NCBI GenBank assembly: GCA_902476355.1
Contig: CABSCS010000003.1
Span: 21,882-85,881 of the forward strand
DNA from: an uncultured Eubacteriales bacterium
Lineage (GTDB): Bacteria > Bacillota > Clostridia > Christensenellales > UBA1242
Direction: 5' to 3'
Length of the DNA: 64,000 nucleotides
Part shown: positions 55,634 through 64,000 of the stretch, in pieces
How positions within the stretch are numbered: position 1 is the stretch's first letter
Layout: each line of letters begins with the position of its first letter
The notes under the pieces: generated by a model
The model's database searches: none
The model's input: only the letters and a program-made list of their open reading frames with translations
What the model was told of the DNA's origin: nothing
Program-made: the position numbers and the translations under genes

Positions 55634-56516
55634 GTTTTTCTCCTATAATTTCAATTTCGGTTTCAAGCCAAATGCCAAACTTGTCAAAAACAGTTTTTTG
55701 CACAAGGCTGATAAGTTTTAAAATGTCCTCAAATCGAGCGTTTTCAGAAATGATAAAGTTTGCATGCTTGTCGCTTATAAACGCATTTCCAATTCTTGTA
55801 TTTTTCAACCCGGCAAGGTCGATAAGCCTTCCTGCGCTGTCACCCTCTGGGTTTGCAAACACACAACCGGCACTGTTTCCTTTTGGTTGCTTTTCGAACC
55901 TTTGATTTGAAACACGCCTTATTTTTTCTGCAATTTCTTCCTCGCTTGACAAATCAAGTTCAAAAGTTGCCGACAAAATTGTCACGCCCGAGCCGAGCAG
56001 TTCAGTGAAATGATTTCTTTTTTCAACGCTTTGTGGGTCTATCATCACAATTTTGCCATTGTAAAATGCTTTAATGTTTATCAAATGATCAAAAATGTTT
56101 GTTTTAAACGCACCAGCGTTCATTGCAACCATGCCACCAATTGTTGCAGGAATGCCAAACAAATTTTCCAGCCCCGACAATTGATGATTTTTGCAAAACA
56201 AAATCACTTCGCTTGCAAGTGTTCCCGCACTAACCGTAAGGTAATTTTCGTAAAGATTTAAAACACTTTGCATGTTTTTGGTGCAAACGAAAATTGTTTT
56301 ATGTGCGCTGTCACTTGCCAAAAGATTGCTTCCATTGCCAATCACTTTATAACAAATTTTGTTCTTTTCAAGCGTTCTCAAAGTTTGCACAAGTTCTTTT
56401 TCGTTTCGTGGACAAACAACTTTTGCTTTTCCACCAACTTTGAAAGTTGTGAACTCTGAAAGGTTCGCTTTCTTCAAAATATGTTTTGGCAACAAAGTTC
56501 CAATTCTTTTACACAT
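55593..56516 (-). CDS. murB: UDP-N-acetylenolpyruvoylglucosamine reductase
   Basis: 307 aa. Contains FKVGGKAK, IGNGSNLL and SAGCVFANP motifs. The 3' end overlaps the PHP gene by 41 nt. Confidence 0.9.
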   Translation of the reverse strand: MCKRIGTLLPKHILKKANLSEFTTFKVGGKAKVVCPRNEKELVQTLRTLEKNKICYKVIGNGSNLLASDSAHKTIFVCTKNMQSVLNLYENYLTVSAGTLASEVILFCKNHQLSGLENLFGIPATIGGMVAMNAGAFKTNIFDHLINIKAFYNGKIVMIDPQSVEKRNHFTELLGSGVTILSATFELDLSSEEEIAEKIRRVSNQRFEKQPKGNSAGCVFANPEGDSAGRLIDLAGLKNTRIGNAFISDKHANFIISENARFEDILKLISLVQKTVFDKFGIWLETEIEIIGEKHENYGRLSHPQQI

Positions 56517-56616
56517 CTATTCTACCCCAAAAATATAAAAATTTCAAACTTATACACATCTTTTTCGTGTTTTTATGCAATTTTGTTTTTCTTTCGCATA
56601 TTTTGTAAATTTTTCA

Positions 56617-57816
56617 TTATAAACTGGACTTTACAATAATTTTATCATCAATAACCTTTTCAATTTCTTCAAATGGCGAAGAGTCATATATCTTTTGACC
56701 CGTAACCGAAAACATTCCTATTGATGCAAGCATTTTTTGGCATGCTGGTTGAAGAACAAAACTGATAAAATCTGCGCAAAGCGCCCTTTTCACTTTTTCG
56801 TTTGCAAGAACCCCAACATATTGCACCAAATCGGTGAACTCTTTAATCGGCTCATAAAGCGCCCCAATTTCTTTTCCCGCACTTTCACGATTTTGCATTC
56901 TAAATACATCTCTTTGCGTTCCAAGAAGCATGTTCGCCTTTCCAAGAACAAACGCTTCATAGGCAGAATATGGACTTTGCAAATTATAGTTTTTGTCCAC
57001 AATTCCGCTCTCTGCAAGAGTCACGACGCTTGAAGAAGTAAATTTTCTTGAAAACGCATCAAGTGCCGAAACATGCTCACCCACTCCAAAAGTGATAGAA
57101 TAAGTGTGGACGGCTCCCTTTCGCTTTTGAACATCGGTTGCAAGTGCAAAAGCAAGTGTTGAAAGCAATGCTTTTTTGTCTTTGCCCGCGCGTTCAATTC
57201 GTTCGGTTGAAGAAATCAAACAATATGCCCCACACATAATTGGAACCGCAACAAGTGCACCATTTTGAAGCCCCGCACCATAAAAATTTGGCAAAAGCGA
57301 AACGCCAATGCTGTCATCAAGCCTTGCAAACTTTCCATTAAAATATTTATTCATGCCGGTTCCAAAACAAACCATGTCTGGATAAATGCCCGACTTTATG
57401 GCAGAAACAACCTCATCTTCGGTCATGTTCTGAACCATTATATAAACGCCCTTGTTTTTCTTTTCAAAAAGCCTGCTCATTTTTTCAAGAAAGTTCACTT
57501 TTGGCAGACTTCCACCCTCGAAACTGTCAATGTTCCACAAGCGAATAATGCCTTGATATGCCGACTTTTTTCCAAAAAACTTTTCAGAAAACTCGCTCCC
57601 ATGCTTGTCATAAAGAACTTTTGCAAGCGGAAAAAACATTAAAACTCCAATCAGCAAACACACAAGAAAAAACCGCGAAACAAAAATAAAAACAAACTTT
57701 TTCCCCACCTTTCGCTTTTTCTTTTTTCCGCTATCGCTCTCGCTTTCACCAGAACACTTCTCTTCTTCGAAACCCAAAACCATTTTCCCACTTTCTTCTT
57801 TTTCCATATTAAACAA
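56617..57816 (-). CDS. membrane-anchored extracytoplasmic protein, unknown function (solute-binding-protein-like fold possible)
   Basis: Charged N-terminus, one TM helix (FVFIFVSRFFLVCLLIGVLMFF), then a ~330-aa ectodomain. Confidence 0.55.
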   Translation of the reverse strand: MFNMEKEESGKMVLGFEEEKCSGESESDSGKKKKRKVGKKFVFIFVSRFFLVCLLIGVLMFFPLAKVLYDKHGSEFSEKFFGKKSAYQGIIRLWNIDSFEGGSLPKVNFLEKMSRLFEKKNKGVYIMVQNMTEDEVVSAIKSGIYPDMVCFGTGMNKYFNGKFARLDDSIGVSLLPNFYGAGLQNGALVAVPIMCGAYCLISSTERIERAGKDKKALLSTLAFALATDVQKRKGAVHTYSITFGVGEHVSALDAFSRKFTSSSVVTLAESGIVDKNYNLQSPYSAYEAFVLGKANMLLGTQRDVFRMQNRESAGKEIGALYEPIKEFTDLVQYVGVLANEKVKRALCADFISFVLQPACQKMLASIGMFSVTGQKIYDSSPFEEIEKVIDDKIIVKSSL

Positions 57817-57873
57817 TATGCTTCACGGAATTAAAAAATTATAAAGATTTATTCATATAAAATTTTAAACAAA

Positions 57874-57908
57874 CAAAAAAACAGCACCTGAAATAAGTAC
57901 TGTTTTTT
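57874..57908 (-). terminator. terminator hairpin, twin of 58252..58286
   Basis: ACAGTAC-(loop)-GTGCTGT followed by TTTTTTT on the minus strand. Nearly identical stem to the other copy. Confidence 0.6.
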
Positions 57909-57970
57909 GATACTATTATAATTTATTATTAAATCCACATTACTAATCATTTATCATATCTCACACCAAT

Positions 57971-58210
57971 TTGAAAACGAAGAGTAGCAGGTTGGCATAG
58001 ATTTTTGAGATAAAAACACCGAACAAGGTTTCTGACGTTATGTTTCGCCTCTCTACCGAGCCAGCGAAAGTTGTAATCGCACCTTCACTCACCTTTTTGG
58101 CTAAAACTCTAAAATAAAAACCCCGATGTAACACAAGATACAATCGGGAACTTTATTTTAAAGTTTTATCTCAAAAATTCAAGCAAATCTGCTACTGTGC
58201 GTTTTCAAAC
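57971..58210. mobile_element. 240-bp MITE-like element or structured ncRNA with 46-bp imperfect terminal inverted repeats
   Basis: 57971..58016 (TTTGAAAACGAAGAGTAGCAGG...TTTTTGAGATAAAA) against the reverse complement of 58165..58210 (TTTGAAAACGCACAGTAGCAGA...TTTTTGAGATAAAA), about 37/46 identical. Internal hairpin CCCGAT..ATCGGG plus a T-run. A related end lies at 7128..7150. Confidence 0.5.
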
Positions 58211-58251
58211 TAACAAAATTTATTTATTACAAATTTAATTTTTGATATTTA

Positions 58252-58286
58252 AAATAAAAAAACAGCACTTAATAAATAAGTACTGT
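58252..58286 (-). terminator. terminator downstream of rpsI
   Basis: ACAGTAC-(loop)-GTGCTGT followed by TTTTTATTTT on the minus strand. A second hairpin, CCGGC..GCCGG, lies at ~58331..58354. Confidence 0.6.
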
Positions 58287-58362
58287 TTAATGTTTTTAGC
58301 CAAAAAGATGTGTCAAAATGCGGATATAAAGCCCGGCGGTTCGTAGAGAGCCGGCACAATTT

Positions 58363-58776
58363 CTATCTCTTTGAGAATTGTGGAGCCTTACGTGCTTTTT
58401 TAAGACCGTATTTCTTTCTTTCTTTCATTCTTGGGTCACGTGTCAAGAAGCCAGCAGATTTGATGTCTGCTTTGTATGCTTCGTTTGAAAGAACCAATGC
58501 TCTTGCAATACCATGACGGCATGCGCCTGCTTGACCTGAAAGTCCGCCACCATAAACATTGATGATAACATCATATTTATTTTCTGCACCAACCAAAACA
58601 AGAGGTTGTTTTACAATGTTGATGAGTGTGTCAAGACCAAAATATTTTTCAACTGGTTCTTTGTTTACAACAATGCTTCCCTCACCAGGCATGATTCTTA
58701 CTCTTGCAATTGCTTTTTTTCTTCTTCCAGTTCCCCAGATTTGTTCTTTTTTAGATACAGTTGCTTTCTTTGCCAT
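58363..58776 (-). CDS. rpsI: 30S ribosomal protein S9
   Basis: 137 aa with the C-terminus ...[17 protein letters not shown]. Confidence 0.95.
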   Translation of the reverse strand: MAKKATVSKKEQIWGTGRRKKAIARVRIMPGEGSIVVNKEPVEKYFGLDTLINIVKQPLVLVGAENKYDVIINVYGGGLSGQAGACRHGIARALVLSNEAYKADIKSAGFLTRDPRMKERKKYGLKKARKAPQFSKR

Positions 58777-58781
58777 TACTA

Positions 58782-59222
58782 TTATCTCCTTCCATCAAGA
58801 TTGATAAGTTCTGGATTTTGTGCTTGATGTTCATGTTCTGCACCTTTATAAACTCTCAATTTCTTGATCATTTGTCTGCCGATACGATTTTTAGGGAGCA
58901 TTCCTTTTACTGCTTCATAAACAGCCTTGTCTGATTTGTCTCTGAGCATTTCTTTATATTGGATTTCTTTAAGTCCGCCAATATACAAAGTGTGGTATCT
59001 ATAATATTTTTGCTCCATTTTTTTACCAGTCAAAACAACTTTGTCTGTATTGATAACAATTACATGGTCGCCAGCGTCAACGTTTGGAGTGAATTCTGGT
59101 TTATTTTTTCCACGGAGAATTGCAGCAACTTGGCTTGCAAGTCTTCCAAGAGGCATGTTTGTTGCATCAACCAAATACCATTTTGTTGATTTGTTTTCTG
59201 GATTGTGAATATATGTTTTCAT
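58782..59222 (-). CDS. rplM: 50S ribosomal protein L13
   Basis: 146 aa. Contains KWYLVDA..LGRLAS..LRGK. Confidence 0.95.
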   Translation of the reverse strand: MKTYIHNPENKSTKWYLVDATNMPLGRLASQVAAILRGKNKPEFTPNVDAGDHVIVINTDKVVLTGKKMEQKYYRYHTLYIGGLKEIQYKEMLRDKSDKAVYEAVKGMLPKNRIGRQMIKKLRVYKGAEHEHQAQNPELINLDGRR

Positions 59223-59312
59223 TTTTCTTTATCCTTACCTTTACTGTATTTTTTTGAACGACTTTGCCCGAGATGTTAGACATAATCATTGAAATTTATC
59301 ATACGCTTTGTT

Positions 59313-59341
59313 ATTCTATAATAATTTGCCAAATAAGTCAA
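59313..59341 (-). promoter_or_regulatory. candidate sigmaA promoter of rplM-rpsI (about 95-nt leader)
   Basis: Minus strand reads TTGACT, 17 nt, TAGAAT. Confidence 0.45.
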
Positions 59342-59379
59342 TAATAATTTTTATTTTTTTTGTTTTTTTTCAATTTTTT

Positions 59380-60120
59380 TTAATCATAATCAACCGAAAG
59401 CAGATATAGCCCACAACTTTTCACAGTTTTTCCTGCTTTTGTTCGGTCTTTTGCCTCGATAATCTTTTTCATGTCCTCTTCTTCTATTCTTGAAAGCCCA
59501 ACATTTATAAGAGTTCCCATGATGATTCGAACCATGTTATATAAAAACCCGTTGCCACAAATTTTAAATTGATATTCATTTTCCGCAGTCTTTTCAATTT
59601 TAGCATCATAAACAGTGCGAACAAAGTTCGTTTTTCCGCTTTTTCTTGCAACAAACGAGCGAAAGTCATGCTCACCAATCAAATATTTGCAAGCGTTGCT
59701 CATTTTTTGAACATCAACCCTGTCATCAACCATAAGCGCATAGTTCCTTAAAAGTGGACGCTCAAATGGTGATAAATAGAACTTATAAACATAAGTCTTT
59801 CTTTTAGACGAAAAACGAGCGTCAAAATCGCTTGAAACTTTTTCAAGGCGAACAACCTTCACATCTTCAGGCAAATAGGCATTGATGCTTTCTTGAAGTT
59901 TTGGATTTTTCAGTTCTTTTGGCTGGTCAAAATGCAAAACTGCACCATAGGCATGAACACCTGCATCAGTTCTTCCAGAAGCAAAAGTTTCAACTTTTTG
60001 TTGATAAAGTTTTTCAAGTGCCTTTTCAATTTCGCCTTGAATTGTTCTTTTTTCTGGTTGAACTTGATAGCCCGAAAAGTTGGTTCCGTCATATTCAATT
60101 GTAAGTTTAATTCTTTCCAT
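59380..60120 (-). CDS. truA: tRNA pseudouridine(38-40) synthase
   Basis: ATG 60120. Starts MERIKLTIEYDGTNFSGYQ, with the GRTDAGVHA catalytic Asp motif. Confidence 0.9.
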   Translation of the reverse strand: MERIKLTIEYDGTNFSGYQVQPEKRTIQGEIEKALEKLYQQKVETFASGRTDAGVHAYGAVLHFDQPKELKNPKLQESINAYLPEDVKVVRLEKVSSDFDARFSSKRKTYVYKFYLSPFERPLLRNYALMVDDRVDVQKMSNACKYLIGEHDFRSFVARKSGKTNFVRTVYDAKIEKTAENEYQFKICGNGFLYNMVRIIMGTLINVGLSRIEEEDMKKIIEAKDRTKAGKTVKSCGLYLLSVDYD

Positions 60121-60263
60121 AGTTTCCTTCCACACCGATTATAACACACTCCGCAAAAATTGAAAATATTTTTTATAAAAAAATATAAACCATTCAAACA
60201 TTTGACTTAAAATTTGTAAAAAGAATATAATTGTTTTATAAATCTATCAAAAAGGACGAAAAT

Positions 60264-63200
60264 ATGAAAAAATATATCACAACCGATGGCAACACCGCTT
60301 GCTCAAACATGGCATATGAACTTTCAGACATGGCGCTTATTTATCCAATCACGCCATCATCTCCAATGGCAGAAAATGTTGACACTTGCTCGGCAAAAGG
60401 CAAAACCAACATTTTTGGCGAAACCGTAAGCCTTACTGAAATGCAATCAGAAGCAGGTGCAGCCGGAGCCCTTCATGGTGCCCTTTCAAGCGGAAGCCTT
60501 GCAACAACCTTCACATCTTCGCAAGGTTTGCTTTTGATGCTTCCAAACATGTATAAAATTGCGGGCGAACTTTTGCCATGCGTGATTCATGTTGCAGCAA
60601 GAACAGTTGCAACCCACGCACTTTCAATTTTTGGTGACCACAGCGACGTTATGGGCGCTCGCCAAACAGGATTTTGTTTCCTTGCAAGTTCTTCTGTTCA
60701 AGAAGCACAAGACATGGCACTTGTTGCACACATTGCAAGTTTAAAAGCAAGCCTTCCTTTTGTTCACTTTTTCGATGGTTTCAGAACCAGCCACGAAATC
60801 AACACAATTGAAGCAATTGATGAAGAAACCATAAAATCACTTGCACCATATGAAGCAATTGCACGTTTCAGAAATCGTGCTCTTTCACCATCAAAACCAA
60901 CCCAACGCGGAACTGCTCAAAACGAAGACGTGTTCTTCCAAGCAAGAGAGGCTTCAAACATTTTTTATAACAGCGTTCCAAAAATTGTTGATGGCGTGTT
61001 TAAAGATTTTTACAAAGCAACCGGAAGGAAATATTCTACATTTGAATATTATGGTGCAAAAGACGCTGAAACCGTTGTTATTGCAATGGGCTCAGGTGCC
61101 GACACAGTGATTAAAACTGCCGAATATCTTGCAAATCAAGGCAAGAAGGTTGGCGCAATCAAAGTTCGACTTTATCGTCCTTTTGACAGCCGTGCACTTC
61201 TTTCAAAACTTCCTGAAACAACACAAATTATAACCGTTCTTGACCGCACAAAAGAAAGCGGAGCAACCTTTGAACCTTTGGCACTTGATGTTATTTCTGC
61301 ACTGAACGAATATGGACTTAACATTCCAGTTCTTGGCGGAAGATATGGTCTTTCAAGCAAAGAGTTCACCCCAACCGACGCACTTGCTGTTTATGAAAAC
61401 ATGTATAAACGCGCGCCAAAAAATCACTTTACTGTTGGCATTGAAGATGATGTTACAAACACATCACTTGAAAGAAAACACACTCTTGACCTTTCAAACG
61501 GCGAAATTTGTTGCAAGTTCTTTGGACTTGGTTCAGACGGAACTGTTTCGGCAAACAAAAACACCGTGAAAATTATTGGCGAAGAAGCAAAACTCAATGG
61601 TCAAGCATATTTTGTATACGACTCAAAAAAGTCTGGAAGTGTTACAACCTCCCACATGCGCTTGTCTAAAAATAAAATTGTTGCACCATATCTTATCTCA
61701 TCTTCCGACTTTATTGCTTGCCACAACAAATCTTTCCTTTCAAAATTCAATGTTCTTGAAGGAATCAAAACTGGCGGAACTTTCCTTTTAAACGCACCAT
61801 GGAGCGACGAGGAACTTGAAAAAGAACTTCCAGCATCGGTGAAAAAACAAATTGCTGAAAAGAAACTTCGCTTTTATATTATTGATGCCGAAAGCCTTGC
61901 TAATAAAGTTGGACTTGGAAGAAGAATCAACCTTATCATGCAAACTGCATTCTTTGCACTTGCAAACATTTTGCCAATGAAAACCGCAATTGAAATGATA
62001 AAATCTTCTGCAAAAAAGACCTATGCTTCAAAAGGTGAACATGTTCTTCAAATGAACATGACAGCAATCGACAACGCACTTGCCTGCCTTCACGAAGTGA
62101 AATATCCATCTTCTTGGAAAGATGTTCAAATTTTGCCAGAAACAAGCAAAGTTGACAATGCCTATTTTAACCAATATATCAAGCCAATCATCATGCGTAA
62201 AGGTGACACTTTGAAAGTTTCAGACATGTCACCAACCGGCGAAGTTCCAACCGCAACAAGCCAATTTGAAAAACGAAACATTGCAACCGCTCTTCCTTGC
62301 TGGAACAGCAAAAACTGCATTCAATGCAACATGTGCTCGCTTGTTTGCCCACATGCATGCATTCGCCCATATCTTGTGAAATCTGGAAGCAAAGAAAGCA
62401 AAGCCGTTGGTGCCGTTCCTGCTCTTGGCGTTCCGGGCTATGATTTTAAAATGCAAGTCAGTCCAATGGACTGCACTGGTTGCGGAAACTGTGCACATGT
62501 TTGCCCAGCAAAAGACAAAGCAATTGAAATGGTTTTGCCAGAAACAATCATTGAAAGCGAAAACAAAAACTATAATGTTTTGAAAGACATTGAAAATGTT
62601 AAAACAATTTTCAAAAAAGAAACAATCAAAGGAAGCCAGTTCGAACGCCCACTCTTCGAGTTTTCAGGAGCATGCGCCGGCTGTGGCGAAACACCATATA
62701 TCAAACTTTTAACCCAACTTTATGGAAGCAAACTTATTGTTGCAAACGCAACAGGTTGCTCTTCTATCTATGGTGGCTCTTCCCCAACCTGTCCATATGC
62801 AAAAAACAAAAACGGACACGGCCCTGCTTGGGCAAACAGTTTGTTTGAAGACAATGCAGAATTTGGACTTGGACTTAAAAAATCTGCAAACAAAAACCGT
62901 GAATATCTTGTTTCACAAATCAATGTTGCACTTAAAGACAAAACAATTCCTCTTGCTCTTCGAAACGCACTTGCATCTTGGCTTGAAATGCCAAACAAAG
63001 ACGATGATTTGGCAGAAAAAATCAAAAATATGCTTTCAAAACTCATCACCGAAACACAAAATCAAACAATCAGAAATCTTTACAGCGTTTCTGCAAGTTT
63101 GTTCGATTCAACCGTTTGGATTATTGGAGGTGACGGCTGGGCATATGACATTGGCTTTGGCGGTCTTGACCATGTTCTCCACTCGGGCGAAAAAGTTCGC

Positions 63201-63731
63201 GTTTTGGTTCTTGACACCGAAGTATATTCAAACACTGGCGGTCAAGCAAGTAAAGCAACACCAATGGGCGCAGTTGCAAAATTTGCAGCAGGCGGAAAAA
63301 CAACACAGAAAAAAGACCTTGGCGCAATTGCAATGAACTATCCAAATGTTTATGTTGCATCTGTTTCAATGGGCGCATCAATGCAACAAACAATCACCGC
63401 TCTCAAAGAAGCCGAAGAGTTTGACGGACCATCACTTGTCATTGCCTATTGCCCATGCATCAACCATGGAACTGATATGTCAACCGCACAAGAACAAGAA
63501 AAGAACGCAGTTTTGTCTGGATATTGGAACCTTTATCGTTACAACCCTGAAACTGGACTTGTGAACGACCCACCATTTGCAAACATGGCATATGCCGATT
63601 TCATCAAAACACAATCACGCTATTTCACACTTGCAAAGAACAATCCAGAAACCGCAAACCGACTTTTCGCATCTGCTGAAAACTATGCAAAAAATCGCTA
63701 TCAAAAATATGTAAAATTCGCACAAAAATAA
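60264..63731 (+). CDS. nifJ: pyruvate:ferredoxin (flavodoxin) oxidoreductase
   Basis: 1155 aa. N-terminus is DGNTA..AYE.SD...IYPITPSS. Two ferredoxin-type CxxCxxCxxxCP motifs and a TPP-binding GGDGWAYDIG block. Confidence 0.95.
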   Translation: MKKYITTDGNTACSNMAYELSDMALIYPITPSSPMAENVDTCSAKGKTNIFGETVSLTEMQSEAGAAGALHGALSSGSLATTFTSSQGLLLMLPNMYKIAGELLPCVIHVAARTVATHALSIFGDHSDVMGARQTGFCFLASSSVQEAQDMALVAHIASLKASLPFVHFFDGFRTSHEINTIEAIDEETIKSLAPYEAIARFRNRALSPSKPTQRGTAQNEDVFFQAREASNIFYNSVPKIVDGVFKDFYKATGRKYSTFEYYGAKDAETVVIAMGSGADTVIKTAEYLANQGKKVGAIKVRLYRPFDSRALLSKLPETTQIITVLDRTKESGATFEPLALDVISALNEYGLNIPVLGGRYGLSSKEFTPTDALAVYENMYKRAPKNHFTVGIEDDVTNTSLERKHTLDLSNGEICCKFFGLGSDGTVSANKNTVKIIGEEAKLNGQAYFVYDSKKSGSVTTSHMRLSKNKIVAPYLISSSDFIACHNKSFLSKFNVLEGIKTGGTFLLNAPWSDEELEKELPASVKKQIAEKKLRFYIIDAESLANKVGLGRRINLIMQTAFFALANILPMKTAIEMIKSSAKKTYASKGEHVLQMNMTAIDNALACLHEVKYPSSWKDVQILPETSKVDNAYFNQYIKPIIMRKGDTLKVSDMSPTGEVPTATSQFEKRNIATALPCWNSKNCIQCNMCSLVCPHACIRPYLVKSGSKESKAVGAVPALGVPGYDFKMQVSPMDCTGCGNCAHVCPAKDKAIEMVLPETIIESENKNYNVLKDIENVKTIFKKETIKGSQFERPLFEFSGACAGCGETPYIKLLTQLYGSKLIVANATGCSSIYGGSSPTCPYAKNKNGHGPAWANSLFEDNAEFGLGLKKSANKNREYLVSQINVALKDKTIPLALRNALASWLEMPNKDDDLAEKIKNMLSKLITETQNQTIRNLYSVSASLFDSTVWIIGGDGWAYDIGFGGLDHVLHSGEKVRVLVLDTEVYSNTGGQASKATPMGAVAKFAAGGKTTQKKDLGAIAMNYPNVYVASVSMGASMQQTITALKEAEEFDGPSLVIAYCPCINHGTDMSTAQEQEKNAVLSGYWNLYRYNPETGLVNDPPFANMAYADFIKTQSRYFTLAKNNPETANRLFASAENYAKNRYQKYVKFAQK

Positions 63732-63763
63732 TCATAAAAAATAATAAAACACTCACAAAAAAA

Positions 63764-63792
63764 ACACTGGGAAGATTCCCCAGTGTTTTTTT
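63764..63792. terminator. bidirectional terminator
   Basis: ACACTGGG-aagatt-CCCAGTGT flanked by A and T runs, between convergent genes. Confidence 0.7.
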
Positions 63793-64000
63793 ATTTTTTA
63801 AACTCTATTTTAATTTCATTTGGATTCTCTTTTTCAGCATCTTTGAAACATTTTAAAATTTGTGAAATTGCATTTTCGTTATATTCATTTTCTTTTTTAT
63901 CAAAACCAACAAATTCAATTGTTATTGGCGTTTCAATGAAACCAGTAAGCATGTCCCAAAGTGCATCAAGATTATTGCCAAACCAATTTGGCAATAACAA
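63791..64000 (-). CDS. barstar-family ribonuclease inhibitor, N-terminus cut by the right window edge
   Basis: FGNNLDALWDMLTGFIETPITIEF closely parallels the barstar YGENLDALWDCLTG helix. The M shown by the ORF track is a TTG at the window edge, not a real start. Confidence 0.65.
   Translation of the reverse strand: MLLPNWFGNNLDALWDMLTGFIETPITIEFVGFDKKENEYNENAISQILKCFKDAEKENPNEIKIEFKK

Noticed and set aside
57971-58210. The inverted-repeat element as 6S RNA, or as a riboswitch for the downstream gene 56617..57816.
   Set aside because: No similarity to 6S or to the riboswitch cores I know (TPP, FMN, SAM, lysine, glycine, cobalamin). It contains an internal terminator-like hairpin. A full terminator (57874..57908) separates it from the downstream gene. 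A related end at 7128..7150 favours a dispersed repeat.

Overview
This is a 64-kb chromosomal segment from a low-GC Firmicute that uses the standard genetic code. It carries a Clostridia-type sporulation and housekeeping gene set, mostly on the minus strand: spo0A, spoIIR, spmA/spmB, veg, whiA, ricT, murI, rpsT, holA, comEC, rel, rsmA, tatD, holB, greA, valS, dnaE, murB, rplM-rpsI, truA and PFOR. It also has tRNA-Glu(CUC) and tRNA-Leu(CAG). The outlier is the left 12.4 kb. An ORF of more than 2157 codons (1..6472, minus) is missing from the supplied ORF track because it has no stop codon inside the window. It is preceded by a 0.93-kb AT-rich leader and by two small paralogous two-TM pilin-like genes. 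Divergently flanking these are a VirD4/TraG-type coupling ATPase and a 596-aa membrane-anchored surface repeat protein. I read this as a compact, atypical T4SS/conjugation-like module. Its gene order resembles Mollicutes ICE cores more than classical Firmicute ICEs. No relaxase, integrase, VirB4 or cell-wall hydrolase is visible in the window, and the module probably continues left of position 1. Secondary observations: two phased arrays of CTATCATG boxes; a 57-nt direct repeat plus an inverted copy overlapping the spo0A stop codon; tRNA-Leu followed by two acceptor-stem-mimic hairpins ending in ACCA; a 240-bp MITE-like inverted-repeat element bracketed by twin terminators; an apparently frameshifted spmB; a Rho paralog with a degenerate P-loop; and a truncated barstar gene at the right edge. 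All product calls come from motif recognition by eye. No database search was run.
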